NCBI GenBank assembly: GCA_963704725.1
Contig: OY969934.1
Span: forward strand, 1,889,040-1,953,039
Direction: 5' to 3'
DNA length: 64,000 bases
Source: an uncultured Actinomycetes bacterium
Lineage (GTDB): Bacteria > Actinomycetota > UBA4738 > HRBIN12
Shown here: positions 1-10,229 of the stretch, piece after piece
How positions within the stretch are numbered: the stretch's first letter is position 1
Layout of the letters: every line of letters begins with the position of its first letter
Notes under the pieces: generated by a model
The model's database searches: none
Seen by the model: the letters and a program-made list of their open reading frames with translations, nothing else
What the model was told of the DNA's origin: nothing
Translations under genes and position numbers: made by a program

Positions 1-809
1 TCTTCGCCCTCCTCGGCCCGAACGGGGCCGGCAAGACGACCACGGTCGAGATCCTGGAGGGCTACCGCCGCAGGACCGGGGGCGAGGTGCGCGTGCTCGA
101 CCACGACCCGGAGCACCTGGACCGGAAGCTGCGGGAGCGGATCGGCATCGTGCTCCAGTCGACCGGCGTCGACCCCTACCTCACGGTGCGCGAGACCGTG
201 GGCCTGTACGCCGGGTACTACCCGCATCCCCGCGACGTCGACGAGGTGATCGAGGTGGTCGGGCTGACCGAGAAGCGGGACGCGCGGGTGGTGAAGCTCT
301 CGGGCGGCCAGCAGCGGCGCCTCGACGTCGCCGTGGCGCTGGCGGGCGACCCGGAGCTGCTGTTCCTGGACGAGCCGACGACGGGGTTCGACCCCGGCGC
401 CCGGCGCAACGCATGGGAGATCGTGCGGAACCTGATCGCGCTGGGGAAGACGGTGTTCCTCACGACCCACTACATGGACGAGGCGCAGGCGCTCGCCAAC
501 CGCGTCGCCGTCATCGCCGCAGGGGAGATCGTCGCCGAGGGGCCGCCCAGCACGCTGGCGGGCCGCGACATCGCGCGGACCGAGATCCGGTTCCGGGTCG
601 ACGACGGTGCCGCCCTTCCGTCCCTGGGTCAGACCCCTGGGGCCGACGGCACGTTCGAGGTGCTGACGGACGACCCCACCCGGGTCCTGCACGAGCTCAC
701 GTCGTGGGCGCTTGGCCGCGGGATCGCGCTCGAGGCGCTCGAGGTGCGGCGCCCGTCGCTCGAGGACGTCTACCTCGAGCTCACCGGTGAGGCCGAGGCG
801 TCGGCATGA
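1..809 (+). CDS. ABC transporter ATP-binding protein, 5' partial (starts upstream of window)
   Basis: Window opens inside the Walker A motif (FALLGPNGAGKTT). ABC signature LSGGQQRRLDVAVAL and Walker B LLFLDEPTTGFD are present. Reading frame runs to the stop at 807-809. Confidence 0.85.
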   Translation, partial: FALLGPNGAGKTTTVEILEGYRRRTGGEVRVLDHDPEHLDRKLRERIGIVLQSTGVDPYLTVRETVGLYAGYYPHPRDVDEVIEVVGLTEKRDARVVKLSGGQQRRLDVAVALAGDPELLFLDEPTTGFDPGARRNAWEIVRNLIALGKTVFLTTHYMDEAQALANRVAVIAAGEIVAEGPPSTLAGRDIARTEIRFRVDDGAALPSLGQTPGADGTFEVLTDDPTRVLHELTSWALGRGIALEALEVRRPSLEDVYLELTGEAEASA

Positions 810-1591
810 GCGACCTGGCGCTGACCCTGCGGCAGGTGCGGTTCACGAACAAGGCGTTCTGGCGGAACCCGGCGTCGGCGTTCTTCACGTTCGCGTTCCC
901 GCTCATGTTCCTGGTGATCTTCACGACGCTGTTCGGGAACAGCGTCATCCGGTTCCATCCGGGGGCGGGTCAGGTGGTCGAGGTCAAGCAGTCCACGTTC
1001 TACGTGGCGGCCATGGCCGCGTTCGGCGTGATCACGGGGTGCTACACGAACATCGCGGTCAGCGTGACGTTCGCCCGGGACAGCGGGGTCCTCAAGCGGG
1101 TCCGGGGCGCGCCCGTCCCGGGATGGGTCTACCTGACGGGGCGCGTGATCCACGCCATGCTCATCGGCCTGCTCCTCCTGGTCCTGTGCGCGGCGTTCGG
1201 GCGCGCGTTCTACGACGCCTCGCTGCCCTCCGGGGTCGACCTCGCCCGGAGCGTCCTCGCGCTCCTCGTGGGCGGCGCGTCGTTCTGCGCCCTCGGCCTC
1301 GCGTGCACGGCGATCATCCCGAACGCCGACGCCTCACCCGCCATCGTCAACGCCACGATCCTGCCGCTCCTGTTCCTGTCGGACGTGTTCATCCCCGTCG
1401 AGGGCGCGCCGGACTGGGTCCAATGGGTGGGCAAGATCTTCCCCGTGAAGCACTTCTCCGAGGCCCTCCAGTCCGCGTTCATCCCCCAGGCCGTCCCGTG
1501 GTCGTGGACGAACATCGTCGTGATCGCCGCCTGGGGGGTGGCAGGGCTCGTCCTGGCGACGAGGTTCTTCTCCTGGGAGCCCCGCACCTAG
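806..1591 (+). CDS. ABC-2 type transporter permease
   Basis: 261 aa with about 6 hydrophobic helices. Overlaps the upstream ATPase stop (ATGA coupling). Typical ABC-2 exporter permease pairing. Confidence 0.75.
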   Translation: MSDLALTLRQVRFTNKAFWRNPASAFFTFAFPLMFLVIFTTLFGNSVIRFHPGAGQVVEVKQSTFYVAAMAAFGVITGCYTNIAVSVTFARDSGVLKRVRGAPVPGWVYLTGRVIHAMLIGLLLLVLCAAFGRAFYDASLPSGVDLARSVLALLVGGASFCALGLACTAIIPNADASPAIVNATILPLLFLSDVFIPVEGAPDWVQWVGKIFPVKHFSEALQSAFIPQAVPWSWTNIVVIAAWGVAGLVLATRFFSWEPRT

Positions 1592-1679
1592 CTCCGGACG
1601 CCGAAAGGGCGTGTGCTAGGCTCGCGCACGCGCACGGCCCGAGGCGTTCGCGCGCATTCCGGATCAGGGGGTTCGTCAG

Positions 1680-2645
1680 ATGCGCAAGCTCTTCGTCATC
1701 GTCGCGGCCACCGGGCTCCTGCTCGCGGCCTGTTCCGAGGACAACCCGACGGTGGGGGGCACCGGTCCCACGTCGACGGGCACCGGCCCCACCGCGACGG
1801 GCGCGACGGCCACGGGCCCGACGGCGGTGGAGACCGCCGCGAGCTGTGCCGAGGCAAACGCGACGAGCCTCGCGGCGACGGGCACGTTGACGATCGGCAC
1901 GGACAACCCCGCCTTCCCGCCCTGGTTCTCCGGGGGAGAGACCCCAGACCACGACTGGAAGTTCAACGACCCGTACACGGGTGAGGGCTACGAGGCCGCG
2001 ACGGCGTACGCGATCGCGGACACGCTGGGGTTCTCCGCGGATCAGGTGGCGTGGACCGTCGTGCCGTTCAACCAGACGTACAAGCCCGGGGAGAAGGACT
2101 ACGACTTCGCGATCGAGCAGATCTCCTACTCCACCAAGCGTGACGAGGCGATCGACTTCAGCGACAGCTACTACGACGTCCAGCAGGCGCTGGTCGCGGC
2201 CGAGGGTACACCGGTCACGCGGGCGACGAGCCTCGGGGATCTCAAGGACTACGCACTCGCCGCCCCGATCGGAACCACGAGCTATGACTACATCGTCAAC
2301 ACGATCCAGCCGAACACCGAGGCCGGCGCCTACAACTCGCTCGCGGACACCGTGGCCGCTCTGAACGCCGGCCAAGTGGACGCCATCGTTGTGGACGCCC
2401 CGACCGCCTACTACCTGGCCGACCCGTTCGTGCAGGAGGTCAAGCACGGGGTCGTCGTCGGGCTCTTCCCGAGCGCCGGCGCCCAGGAGTACTTCGGACT
2501 CGCGTTCGAGACGGGGAATCCGCTGGTCGAATGTGCCAACCTCGCCATCGCCGAGATCAAGGCCGCGGGAACCCTCGACGCGATCCACCAGAAGTGGTTG
2601 GTCGAGAAGACCAACGTCGGCGAGGTGCCGGAGTTCACGACCTAG
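1680..2645 (+). CDS. Polar amino-acid ABC transporter substrate-binding lipoprotein (SBP family 3)
   Basis: Lipoprotein signal with lipobox LLLAACSE, then a Thr/Gly-rich linker. The rest resembles SBP_bac_3 (glutamine/glutamate/aspartate binding type). Followed by a permease and an ATPase. Confidence 0.75.
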   Translation: MRKLFVIVAATGLLLAACSEDNPTVGGTGPTSTGTGPTATGATATGPTAVETAASCAEANATSLAATGTLTIGTDNPAFPPWFSGGETPDHDWKFNDPYTGEGYEAATAYAIADTLGFSADQVAWTVVPFNQTYKPGEKDYDFAIEQISYSTKRDEAIDFSDSYYDVQQALVAAEGTPVTRATSLGDLKDYALAAPIGTTSYDYIVNTIQPNTEAGAYNSLADTVAALNAGQVDAIVVDAPTAYYLADPFVQEVKHGVVVGLFPSAGAQEYFGLAFETGNPLVECANLAIAEIKAAGTLDAIHQKWLVEKTNVGEVPEFTT

Positions 2646-2654
2646 CGGCCGCCG

Positions 2655-3557
2655 ATGGGTGGCGGTGGCGGGGCGCCTGAGCTCTACCAATACGAACCGA
2701 GTGATCCGCGGCTGCCCGAGGGGGGACCCTCCAGCCGGATCCTGACTCCCCTTCGCGCCGAGGGCGCCAAGGGCGTCGCCGTGGCGGTCGTCAGCACCGC
2801 CATCGTCGCCGGATTGATCGTTTGGGCGGTCACCTCCTCGTCGAACTGGCCCGAGGTCAAGCATGCGTTCTTCGACGGCGAGGAGTTCCGGCGCAGCTTC
2901 CCCGACATCGCCCGGACGTTCAGGAGGAACGTCCAGTACTTCCTCATCGCCGAGGTCTTCATCCTGGCCTTGGCGATGCTGCTCGCGATCCTTCGGAGCC
3001 TCCCCGGGCCGGTCTTCTTCCCCCTCCGGCTTCTGGCGATCGGGTACACGGACCTGTTCCGCGGCATCCCAACGATCCTGGTGGTGTATCTGCTGGCGTT
3101 CGGCGTCCCGAGCCTGGGGCTGCCCGGAGTCCCCTCCGGCGCCGCGTTCTGGGGGGTCGTCGGGTTGATCCTGTCGTACTCGGCGTACGTCGCCGAGGTC
3201 TACCGAGCCGGGATCGAGTCGGTCCACCCCAGCCAGGCGGCGGCCGCTCGGTCGCTCGGGCTCTCGCGATGGAAGAGCCTTCGGTTCGTGATCGTCCCGC
3301 AGGCGGTGCGGCGGGTGATCCCCCCGCTGCTGAACGACTTCATCGGCCTGCAGAAGGACACCGCGCTCATCGCGTTCGTCGTCGCGATACCCGAGGCGTT
3401 CAAGACGGGACAGATCTATCAGAGCGCGGACTTCAACTTCACGCCGTTGCTCGGCGTCGCGTTGATGTTCCTGCTCATCACGATCCCGCTCACGCGGTTC
3501 ACGGACTGGCTGCTGGCTCGCCAGCGGAGGCGCCGGCAGACGGGCGCGGCCCTGTGA
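2655..3557 (+). CDS. Amino-acid ABC transporter permease (His/Glu/Gln/Arg/opine family)
   Basis: 300 aa multi-TM protein with an EAA-like loop region (IARTFRRNVQYF ... SRWKSLRFVIVPQAVRRVIPPL). Sits between the SBP and the ATPase. Confidence 0.75.
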   Translation: MGGGGGAPELYQYEPSDPRLPEGGPSSRILTPLRAEGAKGVAVAVVSTAIVAGLIVWAVTSSSNWPEVKHAFFDGEEFRRSFPDIARTFRRNVQYFLIAEVFILALAMLLAILRSLPGPVFFPLRLLAIGYTDLFRGIPTILVVYLLAFGVPSLGLPGVPSGAAFWGVVGLILSYSAYVAEVYRAGIESVHPSQAAAARSLGLSRWKSLRFVIVPQAVRRVIPPLLNDFIGLQKDTALIAFVVAIPEAFKTGQIYQSADFNFTPLLGVALMFLLITIPLTRFTDWLLARQRRRRQTGAAL

Positions 3558-4309
3558 CCGCGACTGGATCGGCGCTGGTCCTCGAGGGCGTCCATAAGTC
3601 GTTCGGCAAGCTCGAGGTGCTCAAGGGCATCGATCTCTCCGTCGCCGAGCACGAGGTCGTGTGCCTGATCGGGACGTCCGGGTCGGGCAAGTCGACCCTG
3701 CTTCGCTGCATCGACCTCATCGAGCCGATCGACCGGGGCCGGATCGTCGTGGAGGGGGAGGAGATCACGGCGCGCGGTGTGGACGTGAACCGGATCCGCC
3801 GGCGGATGGGGATCGTCTTCCAGGCCTTCAACCTGTTCCCGCACATGAGCGTGATGCGCAACATCACGCTCGGTCCCATGGAGGCGCTCGGGATGTCCAG
3901 GAGCGATGCCCAACAGCTCGCCCTCGAGCTGCTCGAGCGGTTCGCGCTCGCCGATAAGCGGGAGGATTACCCCGACCGGCTCTCGGGCGGCCAGCAGCAG
4001 CGCGTCGCCATCGTCCGCGCGCTGGCGATGAAACCGAGCGTGATGCTCCTCGACGAGGTCACGAGCGCCCTCGACCCCGAGCTCGTGGCCGAGGTGCTGA
4101 ACGTGATCCGCGAGCTGGCCGCGGGGGGGATGACGATGGTCATCGCCACGCACGAGATGGGGTTCGCGCGCGACATCGCCAACCGGGTCTGCTTCCTCGA
4201 CGAAGGCGTGATCCTCGAACAGGGCCCGCCGGACGAGATCTTCAGCTCACCCACCCAGGAGCGGACCCAGCGGTTCCTGCAGAGCATCATCGAGGCGGGC
4301 AGGATGTGA
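3556..4309 (+). CDS. Amino-acid ABC transporter ATP-binding protein (GlnQ-like)
   Basis: GTG start overlapping the permease stop. Walker A GTSGSGKST, signature LSGGQQQRVAIVRAL, Walker B LLDEVTSALD. The ORF-track 2822..4309 entry is an upstream out-of-frame extension. Confidence 0.85.
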
Positions 4310-4839
4310 CGGCCCCGATCGCGGTCCCGACGCGCGAGGAGGCCGCCGCGGTGCTCGAACTGGCCCGCGACGAGGTCCTGGCCATGATCGACGCCCTGCC
4401 GCGCCGCGCCGTCACGCTCCACGGGCTCGGCGGCGGTGAGTGGTCGCCGAAGGACCTGCTGGGGCACCTCGCGTCGTGGGAGGAGTACGGCCTCGATGCA
4501 CTCGCGGCGTGGGAGCGCGGCGAACCGGCGCCGATCGACGCGCTGTGGCGGACCGTGAGCACCACCCAGGTCAACCGGCAGAACGTCGAAGCCAAGGCGG
4601 CCTGGTCATTCGCCAGGGTCCGCCGCGACGCCGAGCGCTCACATGCCGAGATGCTCGCGGCGATCCGAGGGATGACCGAGGAGCGGTGGCTCGGCCCGGT
4701 GACCTCGCGGGGGCGCAAGCCCCTGGCGACGCGGCTCGGCGGCATCCTCAGCGGAACGGGGCCCTTCCGCCACGACGACTCCCACCTGCCGAGCCTGCGG
4801 GCGTTCGCCGCGGAGCATGCGCCCTCGCGCCCTCGGTAA
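4306..4839 (+). CDS. DinB/YfiT-like (DinB_2) metal-dependent protein
   Basis: 177 aa with four-helix-bundle DinB-like sequence features ([18 protein letters not shown]). Overlaps the ATPase stop. Confidence 0.5.
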   Translation: MTAPIAVPTREEAAAVLELARDEVLAMIDALPRRAVTLHGLGGGEWSPKDLLGHLASWEEYGLDALAAWERGEPAPIDALWRTVSTTQVNRQNVEAKAAWSFARVRRDAERSHAEMLAAIRGMTEERWLGPVTSRGRKPLATRLGGILSGTGPFRHDDSHLPSLRAFAAEHAPSRPR

Positions 4840-4931
4840 CCCCGGACGCCGCATGGGGGCTCACCCTTGGCCCGCGTCCGCCGGCGGCGAGCGGAGATCG
4901 GCATGTCGGGGGTCGTCTCTACAATCGGTGG

Positions 4932-6944
4932 GTGCCGCCCTTCGTGATCCGCGCCGACCACGTGCCCACCGGCGACCAGCCTCAGGCCATCGACCGCCTG
5001 GTCGAGGGTCTCCAGGCGGGCGAGCGCAACCTCACGCTGCTCGGGGCCACCGGGACCGGCAAGACCTTCACGATCGCCAACGTGGTCGAGCGCGTCCAGC
5101 GGCCGACGCTGGTGATGGCGCCCAACAAGTCGCTCGCGGCCCAGCTCGCCAACGAGTTCCGCGAGGTCTTCCCGGACAACGCCGTCGAGTACTTCGTGAG
5201 CTACTACGACTACTACCAGCCCGAGGCCTACGTCCCGCAGACCGACACCTACATCGAGAAGGACTCGTCGGTGAACGACGAGATCGAGCGGCTCCGGCAC
5301 TCGGCCACGGCCGCCCTGCTGACGCGGCGCGACGTCTTGATCGTCGCGAGCGTCTCCTGCATCTACGGCCTGGGCTCGCCGGAGGAGTACGAGGGGCAGA
5401 TGCTGCGGGTCCACAAGGGAGTGGCCACCGACCTCGAGTGGGCCAAGCAGCGCCTCGTCGACATCCAGTACAAGCGCAACCAGGCGGCCATGGCGCGAGG
5501 CCGGTTTCGGGTTCAGGGCGACGTGCTCGAGGTTCACCCCTCGTACGAGGAGACGGCCGTCCGCATCGAATGGTGGGGCGACGAGATCGAGCGCATCACC
5601 CGGTACGACCCGATCACGGGCGAGATCGTCGGCGATCTCAAGGAGATCACGGTGTTCCCCGCCACCCACTACGTGGCCTCGGACTGGCGGCTGAAGCGGG
5701 CCGTCGCGACGATCGAGGAGGAGCTGCAGGAGCGCCTGGCGTTGCTCGAAGGTCAGCAGAAGCTGCTGGAGGCGGAGAGGCTGCGCATGCGGACGCAGTA
5801 CGACCTCGAGATGCTCCGCGAGGTGGGGTTCTGCTCGGGGATCGAGAACTACTCCCGCCACCTCGACGGCCGGCAGCAGGGCGAGGCCCCGTACACGCTC
5901 CTGGACTACTTCCCCGACGACTGGCTCTGCGTGATCGACGAGTCGCACGTCACCGTGCCTCAGGTCCACGGGATGTACGAGGGGGACAAGACCCGCAAGG
6001 AGACGCTCGTCGAGTTCGGGTTCCGGCTGCCGTCGGCGCTCGACAACCGCCCGCTGCGGTTCGAGGAGTTCGCGAAGAAGGTCGGCCAGGTGGTCTACAT
6101 GTCGGCCACGCCCGGACCATACGAGCTCCGGGTCTCCCAGAGGATCGCCGAGCAGATCGTGCGTCCCACCGGTCTCGTCGACCCCGAGGTCCAGGTCCGG
6201 CCGACCAAGGGCCAGGTCGACGACCTCATCGAGGAGATCCGCAAGCGCGCCGAGGCGAGCCAGCGGGTCCTGGTCACGACGTTGACCAAGAAGATGGCCG
6301 AGGACCTCACCGACTACCTGCTCGAGATGGGGATCCGGGTCCGCTACCTGCACTCCGAGGTCGACACGATCCAGCGGATCGAGATCGTCCGCGACCTGCG
6401 GCTGGGTGAGTTCGACGTCCTGGTCGGGATCAACCTGCTCCGGGAGGGACTCGACCTGCCCGAGGTCTCGCTCGTCGCGATCCTGGACGCCGACAAGGAG
6501 GGGTTCCTGCGCTCGGACACGTCGCTGATCCAGACGATCGGGCGGGCGGCGCGCAACGTCGACGGCACGGTGATCATGTACGCCGACGAGGTGACGGACT
6601 CGATGAAGCAAGCGATCTCCGAGACCCAGCGGCGTCGCAAGATCCAGCTCGCGTACAACAAAGAGCACGGGATCGATCCCCAGACGATCCGCCGCAAGGT
6701 CTCGGACATCCTGCTCACGATGGCGGTCGACACGTCGAAGGCGCCCACACCCGACAGACGCCGCCGCAAGCGCGAACGTCCCGAGATGCCCACCGAGGAG
6801 CTCGAGCGCCTCATCCAGCAGCTCGAGGAGGAGATGCACGAGGCCGCCAAGGACCTCCGGTTCGAGTACGCCGCCCGGATCCGCGACGAGGTCGTCGACC
6901 TCCGCAAGGAGCTGAAGGCCCTCCGCGCCGCCGGGGTCGGGTAG
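4932..6944 (+). CDS. uvrB: Excinuclease ABC subunit B
   Basis: GTG start giving [27 protein letters not shown]. Walker [10 protein letters not shown], helicase motifs, and a C-terminal UvrB/UvrC interaction motif ([10 protein letters not shown]). The ORF-track 4440 start is an unlikely N-terminal extension. Confidence 0.9.
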   Translation: MPPFVIRADHVPTGDQPQAIDRLVEGLQAGERNLTLLGATGTGKTFTIANVVERVQRPTLVMAPNKSLAAQLANEFREVFPDNAVEYFVSYYDYYQPEAYVPQTDTYIEKDSSVNDEIERLRHSATAALLTRRDVLIVASVSCIYGLGSPEEYEGQMLRVHKGVATDLEWAKQRLVDIQYKRNQAAMARGRFRVQGDVLEVHPSYEETAVRIEWWGDEIERITRYDPITGEIVGDLKEITVFPATHYVASDWRLKRAVATIEEELQERLALLEGQQKLLEAERLRMRTQYDLEMLREVGFCSGIENYSRHLDGRQQGEAPYTLLDYFPDDWLCVIDESHVTVPQVHGMYEGDKTRKETLVEFGFRLPSALDNRPLRFEEFAKKVGQVVYMSATPGPYELRVSQRIAEQIVRPTGLVDPEVQVRPTKGQVDDLIEEIRKRAEASQRVLVTTLTKKMAEDLTDYLLEMGIRVRYLHSEVDTIQRIEIVRDLRLGEFDVLVGINLLREGLDLPEVSLVAILDADKEGFLRSDTSLIQTIGRAARNVDGTVIMYADEVTDSMKQAISETQRRRKIQLAYNKEHGIDPQTIRRKVSDILLTMAVDTSKAPTPDRRRRKRERPEMPTEELERLIQQLEEEMHEAAKDLRFEYAARIRDEVVDLRKELKALRAAGVG

Positions 6945-6968
6945 CGCTCCCGGTCAGCAGCCGGGACC

Positions 6969-8066
6969 TTGACCGACCCACAGGAGTCCCAGGGGCGAGC
7001 CCCGCTAGTGTTCGGCTCGGTGGGACGCACGCTGAAGGTCAAGGCTCCGCTCGCCTGGTTCGGGCCCGGCAGGCTCGTCCGTCATGCGGCGGTGATCTGC
7101 GACGGCGCGAGGATCGCGTTCGCCGGGCACTCGGCCGGCTCGCCGGCCGCCGACGATCGGATCGAGGTCGAAGGGTTCCTGATGCCCGCGGTCGCCGACC
7201 GCCACGTGCACGTCCGGATGTCGGATCCTGGCGCCGTGCTTCTGGGCGGGGTGGCCGCCGTCCGCGACCTCGCCTGGCCGGCCGACGAGATCTTCCCCCT
7301 GGCCGACGCCTCCGAGCTGTCCAGCTTCAACGGTCCGCTGATCCGAGCGGCCGGTCCCATGCTGACCGCACGAGGTGGATACCCGACGGCGAGCGACTGG
7401 GCGCCGCCGGGAACCGGGCTCGAGCTCGAAGGCCCCGAGCATGCGAGCCGCGCGGTCGCGGAGCTCGCCTCGCTCGGGGCGGGGGCGATCAAGGTCTCCT
7501 TGAACGCGGACGCGGGCCCGACGCCCACCGACGCCGAGCTCGCCGTGATCGTCGCTGCGGCCGCCGAGCGCGACCTCCCGGTCACCGCGCACGTCCAGGG
7601 CCTCGGCCAGGCCGAGCGCGCCGTAGGGGCGGGGATCGCCGAGTTCGCCCACACGCCGTGGTCCGAGCGCCTGTCGGACGCCCTGCTCGGGGCCGCTGCG
7701 CGGTCGATGCGGATCGTCTCGACGCTCGATATCCACTCGTACGGAGAGGTCACGCCCGAGCTCCGGGTGGCCTGCGACAACCTCGTGCGGTTCCGCGCCG
7801 CCGGCGGCACGGTCGTCTACGGGACGGATCTGGGGAACGGCCCCATCCCGCCGGGTATCCACGTCCGCGAGGCGCTGCTGCTCCACGAGGCAGTGCGGAT
7901 GACGCCCGAGGAGGTCCTGGACGCGATGACCGCCCATCGGCTCGAGCCCGGCGCACCGGCCGATCTGATCGCGCTGGACCGCGACCCGCTCGAGGAGGTC
8001 GAGGCGCTCGGGTCCGTTCGTTTCGTCGTCCGAGGAGGACGGCTGGTTGCGGCCTCGCATACCTGA
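6969..8066 (+). CDS. Amidohydrolase family protein (metal-dependent hydrolase)
   Basis: 365 aa with an HxH-type motif (VADRHVHVRMSD) and an amidohydrolase-like C-terminus (VVYGTDLGNG ... LIALDRDPLEEV). Confidence 0.65.
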   Translation: MTDPQESQGRAPLVFGSVGRTLKVKAPLAWFGPGRLVRHAAVICDGARIAFAGHSAGSPAADDRIEVEGFLMPAVADRHVHVRMSDPGAVLLGGVAAVRDLAWPADEIFPLADASELSSFNGPLIRAAGPMLTARGGYPTASDWAPPGTGLELEGPEHASRAVAELASLGAGAIKVSLNADAGPTPTDAELAVIVAAAAERDLPVTAHVQGLGQAERAVGAGIAEFAHTPWSERLSDALLGAAARSMRIVSTLDIHSYGEVTPELRVACDNLVRFRAAGGTVVYGTDLGNGPIPPGIHVREALLLHEAVRMTPEEVLDAMTAHRLEPGAPADLIALDRDPLEEVEALGSVRFVVRGGRLVAASHT

Positions 8067-8081
8067 GTGCATAACGATGTC

Positions 8082-8306
8082 ATGGAGCGCACCAGCATCA
8101 TGGCAAGGCCGGAGACGCTCGATCGGTTGCGTGCTCTCGCCCGGGACCGCGGCACGTCGCTGGCCGAGGTCGTCCGCGAGGCGCTCGAGGAGAAGGCCAG
8201 GGAATACAGGCCGAAGCCGACCTTCCTCGGCATGATGAGCTCGGGCCGCAGCAACGTGGCCCGGACGGAGGCGACCGAGCGGGTGCCGCCGCGATCGTGG
8301 CGCTGA
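8082..8306 (+). CDS. vapB: Ribbon-helix-helix antitoxin (VapB-like)
   Basis: 74 aa (MERTSIMARPETLDRLRALARDRGTSLAEVVREALEE) with RHH/CopG-like fold features. Overlaps the downstream PIN gene by 10 nt. Alternative start at 8067. Confidence 0.7.
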   Translation: MERTSIMARPETLDRLRALARDRGTSLAEVVREALEEKAREYRPKPTFLGMMSSGRSNVARTEATERVPPRSWR

Positions 8307-8713
8307 TCCTCGACACCGGACCGCTGATGGCCGCCGCGGATCGAACCGACGGTGATCACGCAGCCTGCCGGCGGCTGATCGACGAGGCGGGTGAGCTCCT
8401 CGTGATCCCCTCGCCGGTTCTCCCGGAATTCGACTATCTGTCCTCGCGTGGGGTCGGCCCAGGGCCGATGATCGCGATGCTCCGGGATATCGAAGCGGGT
8501 GCGTTGGTTGTCGAGGACCTCGAGGCGGAGGACTACGCGAGGGCTCGAGAGCTCATGGATGGGTACGCGGATCTCGACATCGGGTTCGTCGACGCGGCCG
8601 TGATGGCGATCGTCGAGCGGTTCGGCGAGACGAAGCTCGCCACCCTCGACCGCCGTCGTTTCTCGGTCATGCGCCCTCGTCACGTCGACGCGATCGAGTT
8701 GCTTCCGGCCTGA
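8297..8713 (+). CDS. vapC: PIN-domain ribonuclease toxin VapC
   Basis: 138 aa. LILDTGPLMAAADRTD at the N-terminus (first acidic residue), DLDIGFVDAAVMAIVERFG ... LATLDRR at the C-terminus (conserved D residues). Classic VapBC arrangement. Confidence 0.8.
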   Translation: MALILDTGPLMAAADRTDGDHAACRRLIDEAGELLVIPSPVLPEFDYLSSRGVGPGPMIAMLRDIEAGALVVEDLEAEDYARARELMDGYADLDIGFVDAAVMAIVERFGETKLATLDRRRFSVMRPRHVDAIELLPA

Positions 8714-8773
8714 CGGTCGACCAAGCGGGCCGATGAACCTGCGTGGTCATCCGGCTCGTCGGTTCAGAGCAGG

Positions 8774-9872
8774 CCGCGCAGCTCCGCGAAACAGCGGTCG
8801 ACGTCCGTCTCGGTGTTGAAGAAGTGCGGGCTGATGCGGAGTCCGTCGCCGCGGATAGTCGGTGCAGACGTCCCGCTCGAGCAGCGCGTGGCAGATCCTG
8901 TCGGCATCCGGTCCCACGCCGACGTTCACGATCCCGCCGCGCGCGCTTTCGGTCCCGGGGCGTCCGAACGGGCAGGCCGAGCTCGTCGGCGCGCGCGATG
9001 ACGTGGTCGGTGAGCTCGCCCTGCCGATCCCGGATCCGCTCGGGCGTCACCTCCGCGATGACGTCGAGGCCGCCCTGTGCCAGGAAGTACACGGGCGCCG
9101 GAGGCGTCCCGTGCTCGAACCGCCGCGCGGTGGGGTGGTACTCGAGGTGCTGCGCGTCGAACGAGAACGGGTCGGCCGTCCCGAACCACCCGGTGACCGC
9201 GGGCTCGAGCGTGGGGATCACCGCGCGCCGGACGTACAGGAACGCCAGCCCCGGGCCGCCGCAGAGCCACTTCAGGACCCCGGCCGCGTAGACGTCGCAC
9301 CCCACGTCGTGCAGGTCGAGCGGGACGATCCCGATCCCGTGGTAGTCGTCGAGGAACGACAGGGCCCCGCGCTCGCGCGCGATCCGGCAAACCTCCTTGG
9401 CGTCGACGATGGCGCTCGAGCGGTACAGGACGCGGTTGACCATGACGACGGCGGTGCGGTCGTCGATCGCCCGGTCGTACTCCTCCAGCGGGATCGTGAG
9501 GCCGTCGGGGGAGCGGAGCCACTCGATCTCGACGCCGCGCTTGCGCTGCGCCAGCCATACATGCCCGTCGGTGGGGAAGTCGAGCTCGGACAGCACGACC
9601 TTGTTCCGCTCGCCGAAGTCCAGGGCCGAGGCGATCGTGGCGATCGCGATCGAGATGTTGGTCGTGATGGCGAGCTCGTCCCCGTCGCAGCCGGCCAGGC
9701 GCGCGAACGTCTCCTTCAGCCCCCGCATCCGCGGGAAGATGTCCTCGAACCACACGTGGTCCGGGGCGCCCTTCGTCGCCCACGCGTCGAGGTAGCCGTC
9801 GAGGAGGGCGCGACCCCTCGTCGAGATCGGCCCCAGGGACGCGCTGATCAGGTACGTCTTGCGGGCGAGCAC
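8774..9872 (-). pseudogene. Class V aminotransferase / kynureninase-like PLP enzyme, C-terminus disrupted by two frameshifts
   Basis: The main frame (start 9872) is a good PLP-fold protein (YLISASLGPIS ... DYHGIGIVPLDL ... LKWLCGGPGLAFLYV) up to ...ELGLPVRTPRD near 8950. A plausible continuation IVNVGVGPDADRICHALLERDVCTDY is in a second frame (8747..8929 ORF). The native-looking C-terminus GDGLRISPHFFNTETDVDRCFAELRGLL-stop (8774) is in a third frame. Confidence 0.6.
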
Positions 9873-9906
9873 CGGGAACTCGTCCCGGTAGGACTCCAGG
9901 CTCCGG

Positions 9907-10216
9907 TCAGCCGTCGTCGCCGTCGGCCTCCTCGGCGTCCTCCTGCGACTCGTGCTCGAGGAGGTACCCGACGTACAGGGGGCGGAGGGCGTCGGCGAGG
10001 TCGCCCCGATCGGCGTCGATCAGGTCGTTCAGGAGCGCGAGCGGCCGCATGATGTCGGTCTCGCTGCGCGCCTCGTCCCCGACGGCGGCGCGCGCCTCGG
10101 GGATCGTGCGGAGCAGGTCCCACAGGAACCCGACGTCGAGGCGGCGCCACGCGAGCCGGGTGGCGCGGTCGTGCAGCTCGGGCGACGGTAGGGCTTCCAG
10201 TTCCTCGCGGGTCGCC
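9907..10216 (-). CDS. Hypothetical acidic protein (103 aa)
   Basis: ATG at 10214-10216 (MATREELEALPSPELHD ... EHESQEDAEEADGDDG). Sits between the S9 peptidase and the aminotransferase on the same strand. The 679-aa ORF-track entry is an out-of-frame extension. Confidence 0.45.
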
Positions 10217-10229
10217 ATTCGAGACCAGC

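Noticed and set aside
1479-3227. 582-aa minus-strand ORF (and many similar long ORFs such as 4287..6839-, 13151..16726-, 17997..20015-, 19727..21058-, 22031..23251-) overlapping well-supported genes
   Set aside because: Translations are dominated by Arg, Pro, Gly and Asp (RRRxRRxP-type low complexity), typical of antisense and off-frame reading of GC3-rich actinobacterial genes. The opposite-strand genes (ABC transporter, uvrB, uvrA, uvrC, rapZ/gap, pgk) have clear conserved motifs.
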